DNA of 64,000 nt from Clostridia bacterium (lineage in GTDB: Bacteria > Bacillota > Clostridia > Oscillospirales > CAG-272), in contig JAFSSQ010000023.1 in assembly GCA_017450965.1 (NCBI GenBank), positions 30,074 to 94,073 on the forward strand, written 5' to 3'. Under the pieces are notes generated by a model. It was not told where the DNA came from, did not search any database, and saw only the letters and a program-made list of their open reading frames with translations. Shown in pieces: positions 27,239 to 35,972 of this stretch. Positions within the stretch are counted from its first letter, which is position 1. Each line of letters begins with the position of its first letter. Made by a program: the position numbers and the translations under genes.

Positions 27239-30200
27239 TTATTTACCGGTTGCTGCGCTCGGCAACGGCGGATCTTTCGGGATATCCACAACGGCGCTTG
27301 CTGTCGGAATATCGCCGCAAAGCTGTTCGTAGAGCCATCCGAAAATGCCGCACGAAGTGTTCGAGAGTATTTTCGTAATGTTCAGTTCTACCGGGAATGG
27401 AGCTTTATCCCACCAGGTTACGGTGAAGGTATAGGTGAGATTGCCTTTTGCGTCCGCTTTGAAGCCGAGCGTCGGATTTTCGACGAGCTTCGCTGCGCCC
27501 TCACCGCAGAGCGACGAGAGATAATTTTCAATAACGTCTTTCGCCTTGAAGAACACGAGTTCTCCTTTGTCGTCGAGCCAATCCATTTCCACGTCTTTGA
27601 ATACTTCGGGCATTTTGCCGCCGCCGACTTTATCGGAAATATACTTTTGGATCTTGGATCCGATATTCTTCTGGAAACTCTCGCTCTGGAGCCATTTGCC
27701 CATAAGCGCGCTGATGCATCCTTTCAGGAAGTTGGTCGTCAGATCTTTGAGTCCGTCGGTAAGCGCTTTCCAGATGCTTGCTTTTTCGGGTTCTTCGTTT
27801 AGTTGTTTCAGATAATTGCTGACGCAAAGGTAAATCAGATATGCCGCAAGCGCACCTGCCACCATACCGGCTTTTGCCTTCCACGACGAGCCGGTTTCAA
27901 GAATGGATTTGACTCCGTCCGAAGCCCAGTTGCCGACGATGTTGTCACCCGCCGTTCTGATTGCGGCAAAGCATTCGAGATTGTCTATATTGAATTTTGT
28001 GCCCCATACGATATTGACGCCGACCTCTCCGACAAACGCCGTGAAAACGTCTTTCGCCGGAGAAAGAATCGCGTCTGCAACCGGTCCGGCGTACAGACTC
28101 ACAAGCATCGAGAACGCGCAGTCGCCGATCCATTTCGTCCACTCCGCGCCGTAAACCATCCAGTCCCACGCGTTTGCCCACCATTGGGCGTTCTTTCCTT
28201 GCTGCTCCCAGTATTGTATGTAAGCGCGGACGATATCTTTGCTCATTAGTCGCAACTCGTAGACCGATTTGCGCGGCTCTTCGGATATTCTCTTTACTTT
28301 ATCGAGATATTCGTGCCAATGGTCCTGCGGAACATATTTTTTGATACGGTTGATCAGTTTTTCATGCTCCGCGTTCCATTCCGCCATGGGATCGGAGGGC
28401 TTTCCGAGCAGACGCAGATAAACGCGCGCCTCGTATTTTTTGCCCTCGTAATTGCATTCGACGGGTATATACATCTGGATCCCCGCCGCGTCGTTCGGCT
28501 CCCAAAGCATCGTCATCGGCTCGAACGCGCCGTCGTTGTCGTCGGAAACGGTCATCTTATAGTTTTCGTTTATCAGATATTTATCCGCTATGCACATATC
28601 GCGCGAAACGCTTCCGACCATCTTTTCGAATTTGATTCCGGCGTCTTTGACCTTTATGAATTTTGCACAGGTTTCCGTCCTTACTGCAAGCTTATAGAAG
28701 AAGCGCGTCTGCGAGAATTTTGCGTCGAGATCTCCCGCGTATTCTTTTTCATACGCTTTCGTTTTTGCCGACGGAACGGGATTCGTTTCGTCAAGCTCGG
28801 CGTCCGTATCGACGGAAAGCCCCTCGGGATACATAAATCCTTTTATCGTCCCGTACGGATTCTCCTTGTTTTCATAGACTGCCTCTATATTGACCGCGTA
28901 CCTGTCGGGCTTTGTAAAGCCCTCTTTCCTCTCCGTTGGCGGAGTGTTGTTCTTTATCACCGCCCAATAGGTATACTTTGTATCGGCAGGCTCGAATTTG
29001 ATCTCGAAAGGATCCTTTGGATCGTATTTGAATTCCTTTGGCTCTTCCGTCGCGTCAACGATCATAAACCGGAATTTATACGTAAATCTGTCGCCGCCGA
29101 TCGCCTCGAACGCAGTGGAGTTCCCGAGATGATGTATCGTCCCGGGCGTGTCGCCGTCTTCGATGAACTGCAGATACGGCTCTCCTACAAGCCGGAATAC
29201 CACCGTGTTTCTGAAAGCGGCCTCGTTTCCTTCGAGAATGAATGTAAGCTCGCCCGTCTTGTCGTTGTCGTCGGGATCCGCCGACACTTTGGCAACGACG
29301 TATCGCCCCGAAACCGTAAGACTGTGTACCGTCAGCCCGCTTCCCGAAGCCGAGATGAGCCTCGTGAGGTCGTCTCTGTCGTGTTCGTTGCCTTTTTCGT
29401 CGATCTCGGCTATTCTCGCCTTTACGAGAACGGGCGGATCTCCTTTGCGTATCGCGTCGCCGAAGTCTTTTGCGACGTACATTTTATACTTCTTTTTCTT
29501 GTCGTCGTCGGTTTCACCGTCATCCGAAGCGCCGGCGATCGCGGCTGCTGCCGCGCCTCCCGAAAGAACGCTTATGATAATGCCCGCGGGGATCGAAACG
29601 TCGACCTCTCCCTCCTCCGTCGATGCGGGATTTTCAACCTCCACCGTGCCGGCGGGAGCGACCGTCCCGTGCGGGATGATACCGTTCACGAGGAACATAA
29701 GCTTTATGCCGTTTTCTTCCACTTTAAGAAGAAGGTTTTTACCGTCGCTTCCCTCGATATCGCAAAGCACGAATTCTCCGCGCGCGCCTTTCAAAGCGAA
29801 CGTCCTCTTGGTTTCTTCCACTTTTACGCTCTTTTCGGTAGTCGCTTTGAAGTTTTTATATTTTTCCCATTCTTCCTCATACAGCTTTTTTTCTTCATCC
29901 GGTACGTATGACATTCCGTGATGGAAATTGTCGTTCATATCGGTCCTTACCGAATAGCTGTAGCTTTCCTCCCCGTCTATGTCCATATATATTTTATTAT
30001 CTTTGAACGTTACGTTGGATATCGAAAAATGAATATTGTATGACGCGTCGTACAGAACGACGTAATCGATACTGTAATCGCGCATATCTCCGCTATAATC
30101 AAGCGTCCATTCTCCCGCCTTTATGCACGGATTATAGTTGAATTCTATATGCCCGTAATAATCATTGAACGGGTTTTCGCCTTTGCGGGAGATCGCGATG

Positions 30201-30676
30201 CCGCTCCTCCAGATCTGATCCGAAAGAGTATCTTCTTTTATCGTATACCATTCGGAAGACGAATATCCGGAAAACATGGAATCTTTGTTGAGCCCTCCGA
30301 ATCCGCCTTTTTCATATCGCTCTCTTATCGGAAGTTCACTGAATTTTTTATCGTATGTGTTCGGAGCAAGCGTTTCGGCTACATCCAATACTTTGCTTAC
30401 GTTGCTGCTCCAAACCGCAGCTTTAAGCAAATGCACTCCGTCCACTTTGTCCGAGGAGAAGTTTTTATCGGATACGCCCTTTTCATAGTCAAAGCATTTT
30501 TCGGGGGAGCTGTATCCTTGCTCCGTTAAATATGATTTCTCCTGCGTTATGTCCCAGTCTTCATACATACCGCCCGTAGACCACAGGTATTTGTACGTCG
30601 CGGCGTTCGCAGCGAGCGCAAGCGAGGACGCGAGGATAACCGAAAGCAATACGATCGCAACGGTCTTCTTCATCAT
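27239..30676 (-). CDS. 1145-aa secreted/membrane-spanning protein of unknown function (signal peptide, mid-protein TM, C-terminal TM cluster)
   Basis: The coupled ATG at 30676 overlaps the upstream stop (ATGA), with AGGAGG 7 nt upstream. Signal peptide MMKKTVAIVLLSVILASSLALAANA. TM IPAGIIISVLSGGAAAAAIAGA followed by DDDKKKK. No domain recognised. The track start 30868 was rejected. Confidence 0.75.
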   Translation of the reverse strand: MMKKTVAIVLLSVILASSLALAANAATYKYLWSTGGMYEDWDITQEKSYLTEQGYSSPEKCFDYEKGVSDKNFSSDKVDGVHLLKAAVWSSNVSKVLDVAETLAPNTYDKKFSELPIRERYEKGGFGGLNKDSMFSGYSSSEWYTIKEDTLSDQIWRSGIAISRKGENPFNDYYGHIEFNYNPCIKAGEWTLDYSGDMRDYSIDYVVLYDASYNIHFSISNVTFKDNKIYMDIDGEESYSYSVRTDMNDNFHHGMSYVPDEEKKLYEEEWEKYKNFKATTEKSVKVEETKRTFALKGARGEFVLCDIEGSDGKNLLLKVEENGIKLMFLVNGIIPHGTVAPAGTVEVENPASTEEGEVDVSIPAGIIISVLSGGAAAAAIAGASDDGETDDDKKKKYKMYVAKDFGDAIRKGDPPVLVKARIAEIDEKGNEHDRDDLTRLISASGSGLTVHSLTVSGRYVVAKVSADPDDNDKTGELTFILEGNEAAFRNTVVFRLVGEPYLQFIEDGDTPGTIHHLGNSTAFEAIGGDRFTYKFRFMIVDATEEPKEFKYDPKDPFEIKFEPADTKYTYWAVIKNNTPPTERKEGFTKPDRYAVNIEAVYENKENPYGTIKGFMYPEGLSVDTDAELDETNPVPSAKTKAYEKEYAGDLDAKFSQTRFFYKLAVRTETCAKFIKVKDAGIKFEKMVGSVSRDMCIADKYLINENYKMTVSDDNDGAFEPMTMLWEPNDAAGIQMYIPVECNYEGKKYEARVYLRLLGKPSDPMAEWNAEHEKLINRIKKYVPQDHWHEYLDKVKRISEEPRKSVYELRLMSKDIVRAYIQYWEQQGKNAQWWANAWDWMVYGAEWTKWIGDCAFSMLVSLYAGPVADAILSPAKDVFTAFVGEVGVNIVWGTKFNIDNLECFAAIRTAGDNIVGNWASDGVKSILETGSSWKAKAGMVAGALAAYLIYLCVSNYLKQLNEEPEKASIWKALTDGLKDLTTNFLKGCISALMGKWLQSESFQKNIGSKIQKYISDKVGGGKMPEVFKDVEMDWLDDKGELVFFKAKDVIENYLSSLCGEGAAKLVENPTLGFKADAKGNLTYTFTVTWWDKAPFPVELNITKILSNTSCGIFGWLYEQLCGDIPTASAVVDIPKDPPLPSAATGK

Positions 30677-31686
30677 TTCGCCGCCTCCTTTCCGGGTTTT
30701 ATAACACCCGTCTTCTGAAGTATTGTGAGTACAAGTCCCGCAATCGCGAGTATCGCGCCCGTTATGACAAGTACGGGATCGATATTGAACAATCCGAGAA
30801 ACGCCGCAACCGTAAAGCCTGTCGTCAGCCCGCGGATAAAGCCGGATCCGCTGCCGGTTTTTCCGCATTTGAATTTGCTTGATACGGCGCCCGTGAGTTT
30901 TTGCAGGAATCCGTTATTCAGCGCCGCTTTGCCTGCGAGGAATGCCGCCGCGACGCCGCCCATGAACGAATACCTGCCGATAACTCCGCCGGACATAACG
31001 GCAAGGGAAAGGATTGCGGAACCGATTCCGAACAGCCACGGGAAGAGCGTTTCGAGCGAAACGCCGAACGCGCCCTTTATTTTCTGCCCGAAAGATCGCT
31101 TTTCGCCTTTGTTTTTTCCCGCTATTGTCGCGATGAGCGAAGTAAGCGCTCCGGCAAATATGCCTCTTCCGATAATACCGCCTATCGCGCCGAAGAATCC
31201 TCCGCTCATTCCCGCCTCGGCAAACGTAAGAAACGCCGTCATTTTTATCGGGAACGGGTTGAATCCGGCCGCCTGCATGATTGCGAGCGCAAGCCATATA
31301 ACGAACAGAACGATCGCCGGTATCAGTTTTTTCGGGTCCTTGAACGAGGATTTGATCGAGGAGAAAAACCGCTTTATTCCTCCTCCTATCGTTTTGAAAA
31401 CGCCGAGGGTTCCCACCGGGATTCCGACGCTCATTGTCCCGACGGCAGCTTCGCCGGCGGAGGTCTGCGCCGCCGTTGAAAACAATCCGGGCAACGCTCC
31501 CGCATTCCTTTCGCGCGCAGCCGAGCCCGAATATGCCGTATTTGCCCCGGATACGCCCGTTCCAGCGTTAACTTCCGACAGGCTTTCGGTCGGTGATTGC
31601 TTTATACTGAGTTTAGCGCCGCAGGTTCGACAAAAGTTTTCGCTTGCCGAAACGTCAGACCCGCATCTCGGACATTTTTCTGGCAT
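30673..31686 (-). CDS. zinc-ribbon domain polytopic membrane protein, Gly-zipper-rich, unknown function
   Basis: N-terminal CPRCG-x11-CRTCG, a low-complexity S/G/A linker, and about 6 hydrophobic helices rich in GxxxG. GGGAGG SD upstream of ATG 31686. Confidence 0.75.
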   Translation of the reverse strand: MPEKCPRCGSDVSASENFCRTCGAKLSIKQSPTESLSEVNAGTGVSGANTAYSGSAARERNAGALPGLFSTAAQTSAGEAAVGTMSVGIPVGTLGVFKTIGGGIKRFFSSIKSSFKDPKKLIPAIVLFVIWLALAIMQAAGFNPFPIKMTAFLTFAEAGMSGGFFGAIGGIIGRGIFAGALTSLIATIAGKNKGEKRSFGQKIKGAFGVSLETLFPWLFGIGSAILSLAVMSGGVIGRYSFMGGVAAAFLAGKAALNNGFLQKLTGAVSSKFKCGKTGSGSGFIRGLTTGFTVAAFLGLFNIDPVLVITGAILAIAGLVLTILQKTGVIKPGKEAAK

Positions 31687-31721
31687 AGAAGACCTCCCTT
31701 AAACTATAATTATACACTTTA

Positions 31722-31750
31722 ATTGTATCAATAACACTTTTGTTAGTCAA
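31722..31750 (-). promoter_or_regulatory. sigma-A type promoter of the two-gene membrane module
   Basis: On the minus strand: TTGACT (31750-31745) - 17 nt - TACAAT (31727-31722), in an AT-rich block about 35 nt upstream of the ATG. Confidence 0.55.
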
Positions 31751-31784
31751 TAGAAACCGAAAATATATCCCTTCAAAATTGTAG

Positions 31785-31828
31785 CCCAAAACGGCCGGAT
31801 CCTTTTCGGGATCCGGCCGCTTGTTTTT
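31785..31828. terminator. terminator of the corrinoid operon (also insulates the downstream module)
   Basis: 11-bp perfect stem CGGCCGGATCC / GGATCCGGCCG with T-runs on both strands. Immediately past the stop at 31832. Confidence 0.7.
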
Positions 31829-31831
31829 TCG

Positions 31832-32896
31832 TTATACCGCGGACGGCTTTTCCGGCGCGTTGGAAAGATGCGGGAGCGAGGGGGGAACGCACAGCACGAG
31901 GCGTTCTCCGCCGGAGATGCGGATCGCCTCCTCCGCGCTCATCTCCTTGCATGGGTTGAGGTAGATGATCTGATCCTCCCGCAGACCTTTGAAGTAAGCT
32001 TCAAAATCGCCGGCGGCGCGGTCGTTGAGCTGGACGGCGCGCAGGTGCTTCATCGTCCGGAACGAGGAAAGGTGCTGGAGATGGGAGCCGCACAGGTGGA
32101 TCATGCCGCCGTGCGGGTAGTCGCCGAGCAGCGCGTCGTCGAGATCCCGGATATACGTTTCGTACATCGCGCCGGAGATCAGATGCGTACTGCATCCGCA
32201 GAGCTGTCCGTATCCGGGCGGCTGGGTACGCGCCCAGGAGATCACGGGCTGCAGCTGCCGTTCGGGGAGGTGTTCCCGGTACCAGCGGTGCAGGGCTCGG
32301 ATCAGGTCGTTGATGACCGCCAGATCGTGTACGACCCCTTCCTCCTCGTCCGCCATGGCAAAGAGCGCCTCCTGCCCGTAGAGGTTGATCAGGATATTCA
32401 GGGCGCTCGAGAGCGTCGGCAGCCCGAAGAGGGGGAGCTTTACGCCGGCGGCGAGGAACGCCTCGGTCGCCCGCCGCGCCAGACCCCACGTTTCGTCCTG
32501 TTCCAGATCCGGGAACGCAAGCTCCCCGATCGGCGTCGTCAGATAGGAGGCGTTCCATTGCCCGTCCTTGAAGAAGACATTGGCGCCGAGGATCCGGTCG
32601 ATGAAATGGACGCCGTAGATCGGGTATTCCACGCAGGCGGGTGAAAAGCGGTTCTCAAGGCACTCCGGCTGGGCGGCGATCAATTCCAGACACTCCTCCA
32701 CCCAGCGCTCCGGCTCGGTGTAGGGGAGGTTCCGGTCCGCGGGGCGCGGGACGGTCCCTCGCAGGGTAAAGACGTATCGGTCGTTATAGGGATTTTTCCT
32801 GCCGTCGAAGAGGTCGGACATCCGGGAGAACCACTCGTCCCGGCGCGCGATCCTGCCCTCGTCGTTCAAAACGGCGCGCGCTTGTTCGCTTAACAT
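31832..32896 (-). CDS. uroporphyrinogen decarboxylase (URO-D)/MtaA-like family protein, divergent
   Basis: 354 aa. IHLCG (H-x-C) plus downstream NPC cysteine resembles the MtaA/MtbA zinc motif. AGGAGG SD. Last gene of the operon. Confidence 0.55.
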   Translation of the reverse strand: MLSEQARAVLNDEGRIARRDEWFSRMSDLFDGRKNPYNDRYVFTLRGTVPRPADRNLPYTEPERWVEECLELIAAQPECLENRFSPACVEYPIYGVHFIDRILGANVFFKDGQWNASYLTTPIGELAFPDLEQDETWGLARRATEAFLAAGVKLPLFGLPTLSSALNILINLYGQEALFAMADEEEGVVHDLAVINDLIRALHRWYREHLPERQLQPVISWARTQPPGYGQLCGCSTHLISGAMYETYIRDLDDALLGDYPHGGMIHLCGSHLQHLSSFRTMKHLRAVQLNDRAAGDFEAYFKGLREDQIIYLNPCKEMSAEEAIRISGGERLVLCVPPSLPHLSNAPEKPSAV

Positions 32897-32933
32897 AATT
32901 TCCTCCTTTTATCTGCGGATCGGCCGGAGCGCG

Positions 32934-34349
32934 TCAGCGCGTCTCCGGGAACAGTAGATTGTCCACGAACAGCTCGGCAAAGAGCGGATCGGGGGAAAGA
33001 TCGAGATATCCGGCGTGAGCGGTGTAGGCCGAGAGGTCGTTTTGCCGGCAGGCGTAGGCGGCGGTCCCGAGCAGACTGCTGTTGTTGACCGCGCGGCACC
33101 GGTCCCCCAGCTCGGCCGGCAGAAGACCGGTCCTGACCGCGTTTTTGACGTTGATAAAGGCGGAAAAACCGCCGGAGAGGCAGAGCGAGTCGATCTCGTC
33201 AAAGGAGACGCCTTTGCGCTCCATCAAGGTAAGGACGGCGGAGCAGACCGCCGATTTGGCAAGCTGGAACTGGCGGACGTCCCGCCCGGTGAGGAAGATC
33301 CCGTCGGCAAGCGGATAGGGGGAAGGGGAGAGAAGTCCGCTTTCGTCGATCGCGCCGCGATCGAGAAGCGCGGCGATTACGTCGATCAGCCCGGTGCCGC
33401 ACAACCCTTTCGCGGGAGCGTTATTCACAGTCCGGATGTGCCTGCCGCCCTCTTCATCGAAGGAAAAGGCGGAGATCGCGCCGCTCGTGGCGCTCATCCC
33501 GCAGGAGATGTTCGCCCCTTCAAAACAGGGGCCGGCCGCCGCGGCGGTGCAAAGGGCGGAATCGCGGGAAAAAAGCACGATCTCCGCGTTGGTCCCGAGA
33601 TCGACCAGAAGACGGTGCATCCCTTCCCGCGGCATTCCGATCAGGTTCAGACCGGCGACGAGATCCGCCCCGACAAAGGCGGAGATCCCGGGCAGGGTGA
33701 CGACCTCCCGCACGCCGCTCAGTCCGAGTATTTGCGCTTCGGCCCGCCGCGTTTTCAAAAAGACCGGCGTATAGGGAGCGGCGCCGAGCGAGGAGCAGTC
33801 TTCTCCCAAAAAGAGATGGAGCATCGTCATATTTCCCGCCGCGTAGAGTGTGGGGACCTCGGGGATTTCCATCGTTTCGATCAGGCGGTTGATCTCCTCG
33901 ACCAAGACCGATTGGAGCTTTTGGGGGCCGTGTGCGGCGCAATACCCGATCCGGGACATCACGTCCGCGCCGAACGCGGCTTGGGGATTGGCGGCGGTCA
34001 GGACGCGCGCGATCCGCCCCTCGTCGAGCGAGACGAGCGCCAGCGCCAGCGTGGTGGTCCCCACATCCAGCGCGAGCGCGAGACGCCCGGCGGCGCACCC
34101 GCTTTCTTCCGCGCCCGAAACGGAGAGGATCTCGCCGTCCGGCTCCGGCGTTTCCACGGTGCAGTCGGAGAGGATGCGGTACCGGCAGGCGCGTTCCTTT
34201 TTGCCGTTGACCAGCACCACGCATTTTCCGCATTTGCCGAGGCCGCCGCAGGGCAGGAAAAGATCCAGAAGATCCGAGAGGCGGCTCCCGATCGCGGCGG
34301 TTTTCGTTTCGCCGTTCACCGTGACCGCGGCCGTTTTCTGTTCCGCCAC
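32934..34349 (-). CDS. corrinoid reductive activase-like protein (2Fe-2S ferredoxin + ASKHA ATPase domain; RamA/RACo family)
   Basis: N-terminal plant-type ferredoxin Cys cluster (PCGGLGKCGKC...C). ASKHA phosphate-1 motif LALDVGTTT. GTG start at 34349. Confidence 0.75.
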   Translation of the reverse strand: MAEQKTAAVTVNGETKTAAIGSRLSDLLDLFLPCGGLGKCGKCVVLVNGKKERACRYRILSDCTVETPEPDGEILSVSGAEESGCAAGRLALALDVGTTTLALALVSLDEGRIARVLTAANPQAAFGADVMSRIGYCAAHGPQKLQSVLVEEINRLIETMEIPEVPTLYAAGNMTMLHLFLGEDCSSLGAAPYTPVFLKTRRAEAQILGLSGVREVVTLPGISAFVGADLVAGLNLIGMPREGMHRLLVDLGTNAEIVLFSRDSALCTAAAAGPCFEGANISCGMSATSGAISAFSFDEEGGRHIRTVNNAPAKGLCGTGLIDVIAALLDRGAIDESGLLSPSPYPLADGIFLTGRDVRQFQLAKSAVCSAVLTLMERKGVSFDEIDSLCLSGGFSAFINVKNAVRTGLLPAELGDRCRAVNNSSLLGTAAYACRQNDLSAYTAHAGYLDLSPDPLFAELFVDNLLFPETR

Positions 34350-34363
34350 GAAGGCCCCCTTTC

Positions 34364-34903
34364 TCAGAAGAACACCGCGCCGAAATAGGTGACGGTATTC
34401 TGTCCGTTGACGTATTTCATCCCCGCCGACGCCGCCAGAGCGGAAACGTTGATCCCGTATCCTTCGAGGGAAGCGACGGCGCGGTCCGGATGGCGGCAGG
34501 GCAGATCGTCACGTTTGGCGCACACCCGGCAGAGACCGCAGCCGCCCGCCCCGAGGTGGAGCATGGACGGATCGGGGTATGCCTTTTTGACGCTTTGGAT
34601 CAGTTTGGTGAAGTCTTTTTTCGCGTCCCGTATCCCTTCCATATCGAAACTATCGTCGAGCGGATAGACCTTCTGATAGACCAATACACGGGTATAGGTT
34701 TGGAGCGTCGCCATTACCTCGTCGATCTCTCCAATGTCAGGTGGGCACATCCAGCATTTTCCGTAGAGCCCGCAGCGGTTGGAGGCGCAGATATCGCGGA
34801 ACGCGGCGTCGGTGACAACGGCGTCCGCGCCGATGACGGCGGCGCGAAAAGCGCCGAGCGAGAGCGCTTTTTCGATTTTTTCCTCCCACCGGATCTCAGC
34901 CAT
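34364..34903 (-). CDS. DUF2284 metal-binding protein
   Basis: 179 aa with Cys motifs CGLYGKCWMCPP and GGCGLCRVC. A family commonly next to corrinoid methyltransferase genes (recalled). Confidence 0.6.
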   Translation of the reverse strand: MAEIRWEEKIEKALSLGAFRAAVIGADAVVTDAAFRDICASNRCGLYGKCWMCPPDIGEIDEVMATLQTYTRVLVYQKVYPLDDSFDMEGIRDAKKDFTKLIQSVKKAYPDPSMLHLGAGGCGLCRVCAKRDDLPCRHPDRAVASLEGYGINVSALAASAGMKYVNGQNTVTYFGAVFF

Positions 34904-34921
34904 CGTGTTTCCCCTTTGCCG

Positions 34922-35950
34922 TCAGGAGTCCCGCGCGGCGCGCGCCATCGCGCGCAGGTTTTCAAGCGGGATATTCGGCGAGAGATCGCAGCCGGGCGCA
35001 AGGATAAAGCCGCCGTAGGGCTTCATCTGTTCGCAGAGCGTTTTGCTGATTTCATAAACCTCGTCCGCGCTTTTTGCCGCCAGGATCCCGGCGGGGCTGA
35101 GATTTCCGAACAACGCGCACCGTCCCGCGGAATCTTCCTGCGCCCGGACCATATCGATCGAGTCGACGGAGAACACGTCAAATCCCGCGTTTGCCACGAT
35201 CGGCACGAGTCGGTCGGTCCTGCCGCAGATATGCGTCAGAAAATACGGGCATCTGTCCGCCAGCCGTTCTTTGACCTTCCGGTCCGCCGGCAGGACGAAC
35301 GTTTCGTAATAAGAGGGGCTGATCAGATCCCCCGAGGCGACCGGCTCCGGCACGGTGATGAGATCCAGCCCCCGCGCCGTGAGATCCTCGAGATACGCGA
35401 TCACGATCTCCGCCGCAAAATCGATCGCCTGCCGCACGTCCTCCTCTTCGCCGTCGATCATTTCGACGAGAAAGTTTTCCACGCCGAGCATCTGCGCCGC
35501 CATGGTGAATGGCCCGAAGAAACCGCCGCCGATCATGGTTTCATCGCCGACAAGTTCCCGCATCTTTCCCATCTGGATCAGCGTGCGCTGATAGTAATGA
35601 TCCTTCCTCATATCGGCAATGACGGTTTTCACGTCAAAGCCGCGGATCTCGTCAAGGGATTTCAGAGGGCGGGCGAGGATCTCCGCCGAGAGGACGTCCA
35701 TCTCGACCCTGCCGCCCATTGCCTCCATCATCGGCCAGGCGGCGGCGCAGCCGGAGGTCATGATCTCCGTCCCGATCTCCCGATAAGTGTCGACAAGCAG
35801 CCGCGCGCCGGCGTCCGGCAGGTCAAGCAGCCCCGCCATGGTCAGTCCGTTTTGGGCAGCGATCCACATTTGCCCGTTCAAAACGGCAAACGGCGTATGA
35901 TCGGTCCTTTCAAAGGCCAACGTTTTCAGCACTCTTTCCTTGTTTGTCAT
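34922..35950 (-). CDS. URO-D/MtaA-family methylcobamide methyltransferase-like protein
   Basis: 342 aa. THICG (H-x-C) and APGCD zinc-ligand pattern. AGGAGG SD. Confidence 0.7.
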   Translation of the reverse strand: MTNKERVLKTLAFERTDHTPFAVLNGQMWIAAQNGLTMAGLLDLPDAGARLLVDTYREIGTEIMTSGCAAAWPMMEAMGGRVEMDVLSAEILARPLKSLDEIRGFDVKTVIADMRKDHYYQRTLIQMGKMRELVGDETMIGGGFFGPFTMAAQMLGVENFLVEMIDGEEEDVRQAIDFAAEIVIAYLEDLTARGLDLITVPEPVASGDLISPSYYETFVLPADRKVKERLADRCPYFLTHICGRTDRLVPIVANAGFDVFSVDSIDMVRAQEDSAGRCALFGNLSPAGILAAKSADEVYEISKTLCEQMKPYGGFILAPGCDLSPNIPLENLRAMARAARDS

Positions 35951-35972
35951 CTTTTTTTCCTCCTTTAGAAGG

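Noticed and set aside
28313-29911. 532-aa plus-strand ORF opposite the 1145-aa gene
   Set aside because: It has no SD and an odd F/R/V-rich composition. The minus-strand ORF is longer, is translationally coupled to its neighbour and begins with a clean signal peptide.
30677-30868. Upstream extension of the giant gene to the track start at 30868
   Set aside because: It would overlap the zinc-ribbon gene by about 195 nt in another frame and encode an R/C-rich non-signal N-terminus. The ATG at 30676 has AGGAGG at ideal spacing and directly precedes the signal peptide.
26860-31830. Calling the island an intact integrative element or prophage
   Set aside because: No integrase, recombinase, transposase, replication or phage structural gene is present. 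Only the att-like repeat and the composition shift support a mobile origin.
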